A DNA stretch of 64,000 bases, taken from an uncultured delta proteobacterium. Lineage in GTDB: Bacteria > Desulfobacterota > Desulfobacteria > Desulfobacterales > JAHEIW01. The notes under the pieces are model-generated. The model saw only the letters and a program-made list of their open reading frames with translations. It did no database searches and was not told the DNA's origin. The DNA is taken from NCBI GenBank assembly GCA_963706575.1, contig CAVPNL010000004.1, positions 480,001 through 544,000 on the forward strand, given 5' to 3'. This document shows, piece by piece, positions 1-9,687 of the stretch. The stretch's first letter is position 1; each line of letters starts with the position of its first letter. The position numbers and the translations under genes were made by a program.

Positions 1-264
<264 letters not shown>

Positions 265-327
265 AGATGTAGGATAAAAACTCTCTGGCAGAATAGTAAC
301 CTCTAAAGCTAATAAGATGCTATTTAA

Positions 328-359
328 ATTGCGGATTGCAGATTGCGGATTGCGGATTT
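328..359 (+). repeat. left arm: heptamer tandem array ATTGC(G/A)G x4 + ATTT
   Basis: attgcgg attgcag attgcgg attgcgg attt; inverted partner at 836-866. Confidence 0.95.
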
Positions 360-433
360 AAAAAAGAATGCATTTAGGCATTATTGAAGGATCGGGAGGT
401 TTAATATTCAAGAGAAACAATATGGAGGATCAA

Positions 434-805
434 ATGGGTAATGGAAAAGCGATGAATCCAGAGGTCATGAAAGATAGGACAAAGAAATTTGCGAAACAAA
501 TCATTCTCCTTTGCCGAAAAATGCCTAAAAATCGAGAAGGAAATTTGATTGGAAATCAAATATTCAGATCAGGCTCTTCTGTGGCATCCAACTATCGTGC
601 AGCGTGCAGAGGGAGATCTAAAGCTGAATTCATTGCTAAAATGGGTATTGTAGAAGAAGAGGCTGATGAAACACTATTTTGGTTAGAGGTAATAGAAGAG
701 GTAGAAATCTTTAAGAAAGATTCAATTTCATCTTTGATGCAAGAATGCAATGAGATTTTATCTATAGTAGTATCATCAATAAATACAGCCCGAAAAAGAA
801 AGTAA
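434..805 (+). CDS. four helix bundle protein (23S rRNA IVS protein / bAvd-like family)
   Basis: KDRTKKFA...QIFRSGSSVASNYRAACRGRSKAEFIAKMGIVEEEADETLFWLE pattern; GGAGG at 424-428 supports a start at 434 (452 also possible); visibly more AT-rich than its neighbours. Confidence 0.9.
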   Translation: MGNGKAMNPEVMKDRTKKFAKQIILLCRKMPKNREGNLIGNQIFRSGSSVASNYRAACRGRSKAEFIAKMGIVEEEADETLFWLEVIEEVEIFKKDSISSLMQECNEILSIVVSSINTARKRK

Positions 806-835
806 GGTTATGATACAAATCAATAAATTCGAATT

Positions 836-866
836 AATCCGCAATCTGCAATCCGAAATCCGCAAT
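836..866 (+). repeat. right arm: inverted heptamer array (CCGCAAT-type)
   Basis: aat ccgcaat ctgcaat ccgaaat ccgcaat, the reverse complement of the 328-359 unit. Confidence 0.95.
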
Positions 867-880
867 ACACAAGGTGGATT

Positions 881-2098
881 ATGAAAATTTTGGTGATCAA
901 CTCCGGCAGTTCGTCCATCAAATACCGCCTCTTCGAGATGACCGAAAAAACCGTACTGGCATCCGGTGTTATGGAGCAAATCGGGGAAGCCCAAAGCCGT
1001 CTTACCCATCATGCCCGCAACAGCAAAGGTGAAATGGAAGAAATTGTCAACAGCGAGACTGTTGTCGATCATCAGGCGGGATTTCAGCTGATCGGGGCTG
1101 TTATGGGCGCATCGGGCGCTCTGCAGGATACCCAGGAACTGTCCGGTATCGGTCATCGAGTGGTACACGGCGGCGAAGAATTTAAACAACCAACGCTTAT
1201 CAATAAGAAAGTCATCGACACCATTCGTCGGCTGAGCCCCCTGGCCCCGCTGCACAATCCGGCCAATCTGCAGGGTATTGAAGTGGCCATACAGAGTGCA
1301 CCGCAGGTGCCCCAGGTCGCCGTCTTTGATACGGCCTTTCACCAGTCGATTCCGGTGCATGCCTTTCGCTATGCCATTCCGCAGAATCTCTACGAGGCCC
1401 ATCATGTGCGCCGCTATGGCTTCCACGGCACCTCGCACCATTACGTCACCAAACAGGCTGCAGCTTTAATGGACCGGCCCCTGGACGCCTTAAACCTGAT
1501 CACGCTGCATCTGGGAAACGGTGCCAGCGCAGCTGCCGTAAGAGGAGGTAAAAGTATCGACACCTCCATGGGCATGACGCCGCTGGAAGGCTTGATCATG
1601 GGCACCCGCTGCGGCGATATCGACCCGGCCATCATTTTTTACCTGAAGAGGAAGACCGGTCTGACCAGAGATGAAGTCGAAACCTTACTGAACAAAGACA
1701 GCGGCCTGAAGGGCATCTGCGGTGTCAATGACATGCGGCAAATTGAAGAACTCGCCCAGTCTGGCAATTCTCGGGCACTGCTGGCAATCGAGATGGTTTG
1801 CTACCGCATCAAAAAATATATTGGCGCCTATTATGCCGTCCTCGGCCGTCTCGATGCGCTTGTTTTTACGGCGGGAATTGGAGAAAAATCTCCTCTGATT
1901 CGGGCCGGTGCCTGCCGGGGACTGTCGCATCTGGGCATCGAGATTGACCCTGAAAAGAATAACCGGAAGTCAAAAAAAGCATTTGAGATTCAAACCCGGG
2001 GCGGTACTGTCAGGGTTCTTGTTATCCCAACCAACGAGGAACTCGAAATTGCCGAACAGACCCTGATGTGCATCCAAAAATTACCAAGGCCAGAATAA
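881..2098 (+). CDS. ackA: acetate kinase
   Basis: MKILVINSGSSSIKY, GHRVVHGG, APLHNP, RRYGFHGTSH, PTNEEL motifs. Confidence 0.98.
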   Translation: MKILVINSGSSSIKYRLFEMTEKTVLASGVMEQIGEAQSRLTHHARNSKGEMEEIVNSETVVDHQAGFQLIGAVMGASGALQDTQELSGIGHRVVHGGEEFKQPTLINKKVIDTIRRLSPLAPLHNPANLQGIEVAIQSAPQVPQVAVFDTAFHQSIPVHAFRYAIPQNLYEAHHVRRYGFHGTSHHYVTKQAAALMDRPLDALNLITLHLGNGASAAAVRGGKSIDTSMGMTPLEGLIMGTRCGDIDPAIIFYLKRKTGLTRDEVETLLNKDSGLKGICGVNDMRQIEELAQSGNSRALLAIEMVCYRIKKYIGAYYAVLGRLDALVFTAGIGEKSPLIRAGACRGLSHLGIEIDPEKNNRKSKKAFEIQTRGGTVRVLVIPTNEELEIAEQTLMCIQKLPRPE

Positions 2099-2576
2099 CC
2101 GCTATTAGGAGAAAAACGATATCACTAAAAGACATCGTTTACTAGTGAGCAGTCAAATGTAATAGTACTTTTCTAGTTGCCTAATATGGCGGGAAAAAAA
2201 TTCTTGCTTCTAAGATAAAAAAAATATTAGTTTGGCAGTGGGGATCTGTGGGGCCTAACATAGAATTTTCTTCTTCTGCTTTACAATTAAAGAATATTTT
2301 CTGTTTCGACGTACAGCAATTTGCCTCTGCTCGTCGGATAATCCCCCGTGAGCTTAATGCATTTTTTTGGATTAAAGCTGCCGACCGCACCTTCCTCCGG
2401 TATATATACGATATTCAATTTTTTGCCGTCTTTTTTGAACTTGACGATCAATGAGTGGGGCTTATTTTACCTCTATGTTTCGAATTTTAATTCAAGCACT
2501 TGTCTTTAATATTTCTTTAACATAGCTCCGGTAAACAACAGAATTAACCTGACTTAATTTTTAGAGGAAAACCTGC

Positions 2577-4400
2577 ATGAAACAGAAATGGAAAACGGGA
2601 ATCGTTATTGTGCTGTGCTGCCTGTGTTTTGCAGTCCTGTGGACGGGGATTGCGTCAGCGGCGGAGCCGGTATCATCAGACGCCGGAAATTTTCCTCGCA
2701 GTTTAGAGAGCTATAAAGATGCGGATGCCGGCAGCATCTGGGCAATTTTGAAAAATCGCGTTAAAGAAGAGCCCTTCAATCTAATCGCCACCCTGATTTT
2801 CTTTCTGGCGATCGTCCACACCTTTATGACCGGCAGGTTCATGGTCACTGCCCACAAATGGGAGCATGAACATCAAGAAAAAATCAAAAGCGGCGCAGCG
2901 GACCGAGATTCGGTCCATCACAGGGCTGAATTGTTTCATTTTCTGGGTGAAGTTGAGGCGGTCTTTGGAATCTGGGTCATCGCGCTGGTTATTGCCATTT
3001 TCGGTTTTTACGATTGGAAAACCATTGTGAACTACATCAGCTACGGGGTCAACTTTACCGAGCCGCTGTTTGTCGTGGTGATCATGACGCTGGCGGCCAC
3101 CCGCCCGATTTTGAGACTGTCGGAAGCCATCATCCGCAGGATCGCCAACCTGCTCGGCGGCACGTTGACCGCCCAGTGGCTGACCACTCTGACCATCGGC
3201 CCGCTTTTAGGATCGTTTATCACCGAGCCTGCCGCCATGACCATATCCGCCCTGGTGCTGGCCCGGATGCTATATGCGCTCGAGCCCAGCCAGAGATTTA
3301 AATACGCTACTCTGGGTTTATTATTTGTAAACATCTCGGTTGGCGGCACGCTGACCCACTTTGCCGCCCCGCCTGTATTGATGGTCGCCGGTCCCTGGAA
3401 ATGGACTACGGGGCACATGCTTGTCAACTTTGGTTGGAAGGCCATCATTGGTATCCTCCTTTCCAACGGAATTTACTTTTGGGTGTTCCGTAAGGAGATG
3501 GAAAAGCTGGAGCAAAAATCCATGCTGGTGCGTCTCAAAGATGAAATTCAGGAAAAGTATCTGAAACGCAGGGACATGGACGCCCGATTTGAAGAATTCG
3601 TGAGGGAAGTCGACGGTGAACAGGAAACGCTGAGAGCCGTTGATAAGCAAATACAAAAAGTCGCGAGCGAAGTCAGACAGCGATTGGAAAATCGCTATAT
3701 CCCGGAACTGGTCGATAAGGGCATCGATGAAGATCTGGTCCAGCAGGCATTCGAGCAGCGATTCGAGGAAATAAGGCTGCGCGCCATGCGTCGGGGACTG
3801 CCCGCGCTGCTTTCGCCTGAACAGCGGGGAAATTTCACGGATCCCGATTGGGACAACCGCGACGATCCGGTCCCCGTCTGGGTGACCATCATGCATGTCT
3901 TTTTCATTGCCTGGACCATTTTAAACGCCCACCATCCGGAACTGTTTATTCCGGGGATGTTGTTCTTTCTGGGATTTGCCGAGGTTACCAAGCCCTTTCA
4001 GAATCGGGTTGATCTCAAGCCTGCGCTGCTGGTTGGGTTTTTTCTGGGTGGGCTGGTGATCCACGGCGGCGTGCAAGGCTGGTGGATTGCGCCGATTCTG
4101 GGTAATTTGTCTGAAATTCCATTAATGCTGGGCGCCACCATTCTGACGGCTTTCAATGACAACGCCGCCATTACCTTTTTAAGCACCCTGGTGCCGGACT
4201 TTACCGACAGCCTCAAATATGCGGTGGTGGCCGGGGCCGTTGCTGGCGGCGGTTTGACTATCATTGCCAATGCCCCCAACCCGGCCGGTGTTTCGATTCT
4301 GAAGAAATATTTTAACAATGAGGTCTCACCCGGCGGTATCCTGGCCGGCGCCGTGGTCCCGACGGCCATCGTGTGGCTTATCTTTCTGGTGTTCCGCTAA
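2577..4400 (+). CDS. putative Na+/H+ antiporter family membrane protein (DUF1504-like)
   Basis: many TM segments; HFLGEVEAVFG, GSFITEPAAMT, NISVGGTLTHFAAPP, DNAA, GGGLTIIANAPNPAG motifs. Confidence 0.8.
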   Translation: MKQKWKTGIVIVLCCLCFAVLWTGIASAAEPVSSDAGNFPRSLESYKDADAGSIWAILKNRVKEEPFNLIATLIFFLAIVHTFMTGRFMVTAHKWEHEHQEKIKSGAADRDSVHHRAELFHFLGEVEAVFGIWVIALVIAIFGFYDWKTIVNYISYGVNFTEPLFVVVIMTLAATRPILRLSEAIIRRIANLLGGTLTAQWLTTLTIGPLLGSFITEPAAMTISALVLARMLYALEPSQRFKYATLGLLFVNISVGGTLTHFAAPPVLMVAGPWKWTTGHMLVNFGWKAIIGILLSNGIYFWVFRKEMEKLEQKSMLVRLKDEIQEKYLKRRDMDARFEEFVREVDGEQETLRAVDKQIQKVASEVRQRLENRYIPELVDKGIDEDLVQQAFEQRFEEIRLRAMRRGLPALLSPEQRGNFTDPDWDNRDDPVPVWVTIMHVFFIAWTILNAHHPELFIPGMLFFLGFAEVTKPFQNRVDLKPALLVGFFLGGLVIHGGVQGWWIAPILGNLSEIPLMLGATILTAFNDNAAITFLSTLVPDFTDSLKYAVVAGAVAGGGLTIIANAPNPAGVSILKKYFNNEVSPGGILAGAVVPTAIVWLIFLVFR

Positions 4401-4444
4401 TGCAGGTATCGCTGTGAACTGCTTCTTTCAGGCAGAGAGGATAA

Positions 4445-6103
4445 ATGAAACCGTTAAAAAAAGCTGAAAAATTCAAAGGCCCCCAAGGACCGGTTGTACT
4501 GGCGATTTTGGATGGTGTCGGTATCGGCACCTGTGCGGAGGGCGATATAGTCAGCCGGGCAAATACGCCGACACTGGATTGGCTGGCCCAAAATGCCCTG
4601 AATGCCAGGCTCAAGGCTCATGGAACGGCAGTGGGCATGCCCTCGGATTCGGATATGGGCAACAGTGAGATCGGTCACAACGCTATCGGATGCGGCCGCG
4701 TTTTTGCTCAAGGTGCCAAGCTGGTAAATGAATCCATCGAAAGCCGCACCCTTTTTGAGGGAGACGTTTGGAAAGAATTAATTGAGAACGTCGTCGGCCA
4801 TGATTCCAGGCTGCATTTTATCGGCCTATTCTCAGACGGCAACGTGCACAGTCATATCGACCATCTGGAGGCCATGCTGGCCGAGGCCAAAAACCAGGGT
4901 GTTAAAAAAGCCTGCGTTCATATCCTGCTGGATGGGCGCGATGTGCCGCCGACCTCGGCCTTGGAATATGTCGATCGGCTCGAAGAATTTTTGTCTGCGC
5001 TTAAAAAGGACAGCAAAATTGATTTTGCGATTGCATCCGGCGGCGGGCGCATGCAAATAACCATGGACCGCTACCAGGCCAACTGGGGCATGGTTGAACT
5101 GGGATGGAAAACCCATGTCCGGGGCGAGGGTAGAAAATTCGGATCTGCCCGGGAGGCGATTGAAACGTTGCGCCAGGAAAATCCGGATGTCATCGACCAG
5201 GATCTTCCGCCATTTGTCATCGGCCGCAACAACTCGCCCCTGGGGCCCATTGAGAAAAATGACAGCGTCATTTTTTTTAATTTCCGCGGCGATCGAGCCA
5301 TTGAGATCAGTAAGGCTTTTGAAGAAGATGAATTTGACAAATTTGCCCGGGGACCCAAACCTGATGTCAAATATGCCGGCATGATGCAATACGACGGTGA
5401 CGCGCTGATTCCGCAAAAGTATCTGGTGAATCCGCCCGGGATTGACCGCACCGTCGGCGAGTATCTGGTCAAGGCCGGCGTCAAGCAGCTGGCCATCAGT
5501 GAAACTCAGAAATTTGGCCATGTGACCTATTTTTTTAACGGCAACCGCTCCGGCAAGTTCGACGATCGTTTAGAGGATTACATCGAGGTGCCCTCTGACA
5601 ATGTCCCATTTGAGGAACGCCCCTGGATGAAAGCGGCCGAGATTACCGACAAGGTCGTCGATGCCATCTTGGGCGGCACATACGATTTTATCCGGCTCAA
5701 TTATGCCAACGGTGACATGGTCGGGCATACCGGTATCCCCGATGCAGTTGAAATCGCCGTTGAAACCGTCGACCTGTGTATCCGTCGACTTGTCAAGGCG
5801 GTAAAAAAAGCCAACGGCATTCTGGTTGTCACAGCGGATCACGGCAATGCGGACGATATGTACGAGTGCAATTATAAAACGGGCGAAATCATCTATGATG
5901 AGAAAACCGGTAAACCCAAATCGCGAACGGCCCATTCACTGAATCCGGTATTTGCCTATGTGTTTGAGCCAACCGGCAGCATAAAAATGAAGCTTTCGAA
6001 TCATAAGGACCCGGGTATCAGCAATCTGGCGGCAACGTGTTTGACGCTGCTGGGTTTTGAACCGCCGGAAGATTATACGCCGAGTATCGTCGTCATCAAT
6101 TAA
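4445..6103 (+). CDS. gpmI: 2,3-bisphosphoglycerate-independent phosphoglycerate mutase
   Basis: ILDGVG, MGNSEIGH, SDGNVHSH, LDGRD, ETQKFGHVTYFFNG, DMVGH, ADHGN. Confidence 0.97.
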   Translation: MKPLKKAEKFKGPQGPVVLAILDGVGIGTCAEGDIVSRANTPTLDWLAQNALNARLKAHGTAVGMPSDSDMGNSEIGHNAIGCGRVFAQGAKLVNESIESRTLFEGDVWKELIENVVGHDSRLHFIGLFSDGNVHSHIDHLEAMLAEAKNQGVKKACVHILLDGRDVPPTSALEYVDRLEEFLSALKKDSKIDFAIASGGGRMQITMDRYQANWGMVELGWKTHVRGEGRKFGSAREAIETLRQENPDVIDQDLPPFVIGRNNSPLGPIEKNDSVIFFNFRGDRAIEISKAFEEDEFDKFARGPKPDVKYAGMMQYDGDALIPQKYLVNPPGIDRTVGEYLVKAGVKQLAISETQKFGHVTYFFNGNRSGKFDDRLEDYIEVPSDNVPFEERPWMKAAEITDKVVDAILGGTYDFIRLNYANGDMVGHTGIPDAVEIAVETVDLCIRRLVKAVKKANGILVVTADHGNADDMYECNYKTGEIIYDEKTGKPKSRTAHSLNPVFAYVFEPTGSIKMKLSNHKDPGISNLAATCLTLLGFEPPEDYTPSIVVIN

Positions 6104-6142
6104 TTCTCATAATGTTAAATAACGCTGTCAAGGAGGTGACGT

Positions 6143-7162
6143 ATGGCAACAACAATCGGTCTAATGGGCTTTGGAAGAATCGGAAGAAATTTATTCCGGA
6201 TTCTTTACCAGAGCGAAGACATTAAACTGGCCGCCATCAGTGACATTGCCGATCACAAGGCACTCGAGTACCTCTTGCGCTTTGATACGATTCTGGGGCC
6301 TTTCCCCGATGAGGTCAGCGTAGCGGAAGGCAACCTCTATGTGATCGGCCGCCAGATTCCCATGCTTTCTGAAAAAGAGCCCGGAGATGTCCCCTGGGGG
6401 GATTTAGGGGTGGATATTGTTATAGAAGCCACCGCCCAGAATCGGACCCGGGAGGACTTCGAAAAACACCTGAAGCAGGGTGCCAAGCGCGTGATTCTAT
6501 GCGTACCCCAGAAGACACCACCGGATATCACCGTGGTGATGGGAGTCAACGATGATCAGCTGAAAGCGGAACACCGGATTGTTTCCAATGGGTCCTGCAC
6601 AGCGCATTGCGCCGCACCGGTGGTCAAGATCCTGCACGAGGCCTTTGGCATCCAGAGAGCGTTTTTAAGTACCGTTCACGCCTATACCAATCAGCAACGC
6701 CTGGCGGATGTGCCTTCCGAGGATAAACGGCGCGGCCGCGCTGCCGCCGAAAATATCATCCCCCAGGAGACCAATGCTACCCAGGTGGTCACCGGGCTGA
6801 TTCCGGACCTTGCCGGGCGGCTGAGCGGTGCCTCCATGAACGTACCGGTCCCCAACGGGTCGGTGGTGGATTTGGTCTGCTGGCACGAGAAACCGGTGAC
6901 GGAACTGGCGATAAACGAGGTGATCCGAACCGCGGCGGCTTCGAATCGATGGCGGGGGATTCTGAACTATGAGGATGACCCCATTGTTTCCAGTGATATT
7001 ATTCGCAGTACCTACTCCAGCACTTTCGATTCCCTGGCAACAATGGTCCAAAAGGAAAGCGTTTCCAAAACACTGTCCTGGTATGACAATGGCTGGGGGT
7101 ACGCCCATCGGGTGGTTGATTTGATTAAAAAGTTTATGGAAATAGACAAGGAGGCCGCATAA
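6143..7162 (+). CDS. gap: type I glyceraldehyde-3-phosphate dehydrogenase, divergent paralog
   Basis: GFGRIGR, SNGSCTAHC (variant of the catalytic motif), WYDNGWGY. Confidence 0.88.
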   Translation: MATTIGLMGFGRIGRNLFRILYQSEDIKLAAISDIADHKALEYLLRFDTILGPFPDEVSVAEGNLYVIGRQIPMLSEKEPGDVPWGDLGVDIVIEATAQNRTREDFEKHLKQGAKRVILCVPQKTPPDITVVMGVNDDQLKAEHRIVSNGSCTAHCAAPVVKILHEAFGIQRAFLSTVHAYTNQQRLADVPSEDKRRGRAAAENIIPQETNATQVVTGLIPDLAGRLSGASMNVPVPNGSVVDLVCWHEKPVTELAINEVIRTAAASNRWRGILNYEDDPIVSSDIIRSTYSSTFDSLATMVQKESVSKTLSWYDNGWGYAHRVVDLIKKFMEIDKEAA

Positions 7163-8169
7163 TGGCTATTCAAGTTGGCATAAATGGCTTCGGCCGTATC
7201 GGCCGGAGCGTATTTCGGATTATCAGTGATCGCGACGACATGGAAGTGGTTGCGATCAACGACTTGTTTGACAATGAGCAACTCGCCTACCTCCTCAAAT
7301 ATGATACCGTCATGGGCATTTTTGATAAGGCGGTAACTGCGGAATCAGACGCCATGACCGTCGACAATCACCGGGTGGTGATGACCGAGCATCGCGATCC
7401 GGCGCAGATCCCCTGGAAGGATTTAGGTGCTCAATTTGTGATTGAATCCACCGGTGTTTTCCGTACTCGCGAACCGCTGGAAAAACACATGGCAGCGGGC
7501 GCCGAAAAAGTGATTCTGACCGTACCGGCAAAAGAAGAAATTGACGCCACCATTGTGATCGGGGTCAACGACCAGGAACTGAAGCCGGAACACCGCATTG
7601 TTTCCAACGCATCCTGCACCACCAATTGCCTGGCACCGATCGCTAAGATCCTGGATGATGAGTTCGGCCTTGAAGAGGGTTTTATCACCACGGTGCACGC
7701 CTACACCAATGACCAGCGCCTGGCGGATGTGCCCCACAAGGATTTTCGCCGCAGCCGGGCGGCCGGTGAAAATATCATTCCGACAACCACCGGAGCAGCC
7801 AAGGCCGTCGGTAAAGTGTTGCCCCAGCTGAAGGGCAAACTGGATGGTTTGGCCATGCGGGTGCCGGTGCCGGACGGCTCGATCGTGGACCTTGTCTGCC
7901 GATTGGGCAAAAAAGCTTCCCGCAAAGATATCAATGCGGCGGTGCAGGAAGCCGCCAAAGGGCCGATGCAGCGTGTGGTCGAATACAGTGAGGCGCCGCT
8001 GGTATCCAGCGATATCATCGGCAACACCCATTCGAGCATCTTCGATGCCCTGTCGACCAGCTCCCAGGAAGACGGGTATGCCCGCATTGTTTCCTGGTAT
8101 GACAATGAGTGGGGCTACTCGAATCGGGTGGTGGATTTAATCAAGATGCTGGCAGCATTCGGCAAATAA
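7162..8169 (+). CDS. gap: type I glyceraldehyde-3-phosphate dehydrogenase
   Basis: INGFGRIGR, SNASCTTNCLAP, WYDNEWGYSNR. Confidence 0.97.
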   Translation: MAIQVGINGFGRIGRSVFRIISDRDDMEVVAINDLFDNEQLAYLLKYDTVMGIFDKAVTAESDAMTVDNHRVVMTEHRDPAQIPWKDLGAQFVIESTGVFRTREPLEKHMAAGAEKVILTVPAKEEIDATIVIGVNDQELKPEHRIVSNASCTTNCLAPIAKILDDEFGLEEGFITTVHAYTNDQRLADVPHKDFRRSRAAGENIIPTTTGAAKAVGKVLPQLKGKLDGLAMRVPVPDGSIVDLVCRLGKKASRKDINAAVQEAAKGPMQRVVEYSEAPLVSSDIIGNTHSSIFDALSTSSQEDGYARIVSWYDNEWGYSNRVVDLIKMLAAFGK

Positions 8170-8195
8170 ACTGGCATCAAGTACATAGGTAAGCA

Positions 8196-8356
8196 GATTG
8201 CGGATTTTAGATTGCGGATTGCGGATTTAAAAACCTATTTCAGCCGGCTTTGCAAAGATTCTGAAATAGAGGCCCAGAGGCAATGAACGCCCACACCGAA
8301 TTATGAAGAAAAGAAGCATCAAATCAGCGAAAATCCGCAATCTGCAATCTAAAATC
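8196..8356. repeat. gene-less inverted heptamer-array element (GATTGCG family)
   Basis: left arm 8196-8228 gattgcg gatttta gattgcg gattgcg gattt; right arm 8331-8356 aaatccgcaatctgcaatctaaaatc; 25/26 complementary over 8203-8228. Confidence 0.93.
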
Positions 8357-8371
8357 GTAAGGGGGGATTGT

Positions 8372-9568
8372 ATGAACAAACTGACTGTTGAGGATTTAGA
8401 TCTAAAGGGCAAACGCGTTCTGATGCGGGTTGATTTCAATGTGCCGCTGGAAAACGGTAGAGTTGCCAACGACAAACGCATACGAGCCGCCCTGCCCACC
8501 ATTAAATATATCACCAACGCCGACGGCAAGCTTATCCTGATGTCCCACCTGGGGCGCCCCGAGGGCAAGCGGGTTCCCGAGCTGTCGCTGAAACCTTGTG
8601 TGGCAGTTCTCAGCGCTTTGCTTGGCAAAAAGGTGCGGTTTGTTGATGACTGCATCGGAGAAGCGGTTGAGGCTGCTGTCGAGTCCCTCGGCGAAGGGGA
8701 TATTCTTCTATTGGAAAACCTGCGATACTACCCGGAAGAAACAGAAAATGATCCGGATTTTGCCGCCAAACTGGCTCAATTGGGCGATGTTTATGTCAAT
8801 GATGCCTTTGGCACCGCCCACAGGGCCCATGCATCGACCGAGGGTGTCACCCATCATATACCTCAAAGCGCAGCCGGCTACCTGATGATGAAAGAACTCG
8901 ATTATCTGGGGGATGTTTTGGCAGACCCGGTGAAACCTTTTGTCGCCATTCTGGGTGGTGCCAAGATATCAGGTAAAATTGACATTATTTCCAATTTACT
9001 GCCCCGGGTCGACAATATCATCATTGGCGGGGGAATGGCATATACTTTTTTTAAGGCCCAGGGAAAAGAAATCGGAAAATCTCTGCTTGAAGAAGACAAA
9101 GTTGAGCTGGCCCAAAAACTGCTAGCACAGGGCGGTGCAAAAATCGTTCTGCCAGTTGACTGTATGGTTTCGGATACCTTTGATTTTAAAGCGCGTAAAG
9201 TCGGTGCTCTCAAGGTAGTTTTGGCGGATGCGATCGCTGACGATGAATTTAGCCTGGACATCGGGCCGCAATCGATTGAAAAATTTCGGTCCTTTATCAA
9301 TGCTGCCAAAACCATTGTCTGGAACGGCCCCATGGGGGTTTTTGAAATTGAAGACACCGCCAGAGGAACCTATGCCATCGCAAATGCCCTGGCGGAGGCT
9401 ACCGCCCGGGGTGCCACCACCGTTATCGGCGGCGGAGATTCCGCTTCGGCAATTCATAAAGCCGGTGTGGCCGACAACGTCTCCCACGTGTCAACCGGCG
9501 GGGGGGCGTCACTGGAGCTTATGGAGGGCAAGGTGCTGCCGGGAGTAGCGGCGCTTACTAATAAATGA
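8372..9568 (+). CDS. pgk: phosphoglycerate kinase
   Basis: RVDFNVP, SHLGRP, LENLR, NDAFGTAHRAHAS, GGGDS, STGGGASLE; start at ATG 8372 because the ORF-track extension runs through the repeat. Confidence 0.98.
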   Translation: MNKLTVEDLDLKGKRVLMRVDFNVPLENGRVANDKRIRAALPTIKYITNADGKLILMSHLGRPEGKRVPELSLKPCVAVLSALLGKKVRFVDDCIGEAVEAAVESLGEGDILLLENLRYYPEETENDPDFAAKLAQLGDVYVNDAFGTAHRAHASTEGVTHHIPQSAAGYLMMKELDYLGDVLADPVKPFVAILGGAKISGKIDIISNLLPRVDNIIIGGGMAYTFFKAQGKEIGKSLLEEDKVELAQKLLAQGGAKIVLPVDCMVSDTFDFKARKVGALKVVLADAIADDEFSLDIGPQSIEKFRSFINAAKTIVWNGPMGVFEIEDTARGTYAIANALAEATARGATTVIGGGDSASAIHKAGVADNVSHVSTGGGASLELMEGKVLPGVAALTNK

Positions 9569-9569
9569 T

Positions 9570-9661
9570 CTAAAATGCCTAAAGTGAACTAAAATGAGCT
9601 AAAATTAAAAAATATTGATCCGAAACTTTAGGCATTTTAGGCATTTTAAACTTTAGGCATT
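9570..9661. repeat. inverted 9-10-mer array element (CTAAAATG family)
   Basis: ctaaaatgc ctaaagtgaa ctaaaatgag ctaaaatt ... actttaggc attttaggc attttaa actttaggcatt. Confidence 0.9.
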
Positions 9662-9687
9662 CGCCGAAAACCACCAGGAGGCTTTTT

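Noticed and set aside
434..805. Diversity-generating retroelement or rRNA intervening sequence
   Set aside because: No reverse transcriptase, no TR/VR pair and no rRNA gene in the window.
8303..8371. N-terminal extensions of pgk (also pyk 17487, pgi 20448, sirtuin 43212) in the ORF track
   Set aside because: They run through or abut repeat arms (e.g. KIRNLQSKI); downstream ATGs fit the family N-termini better.
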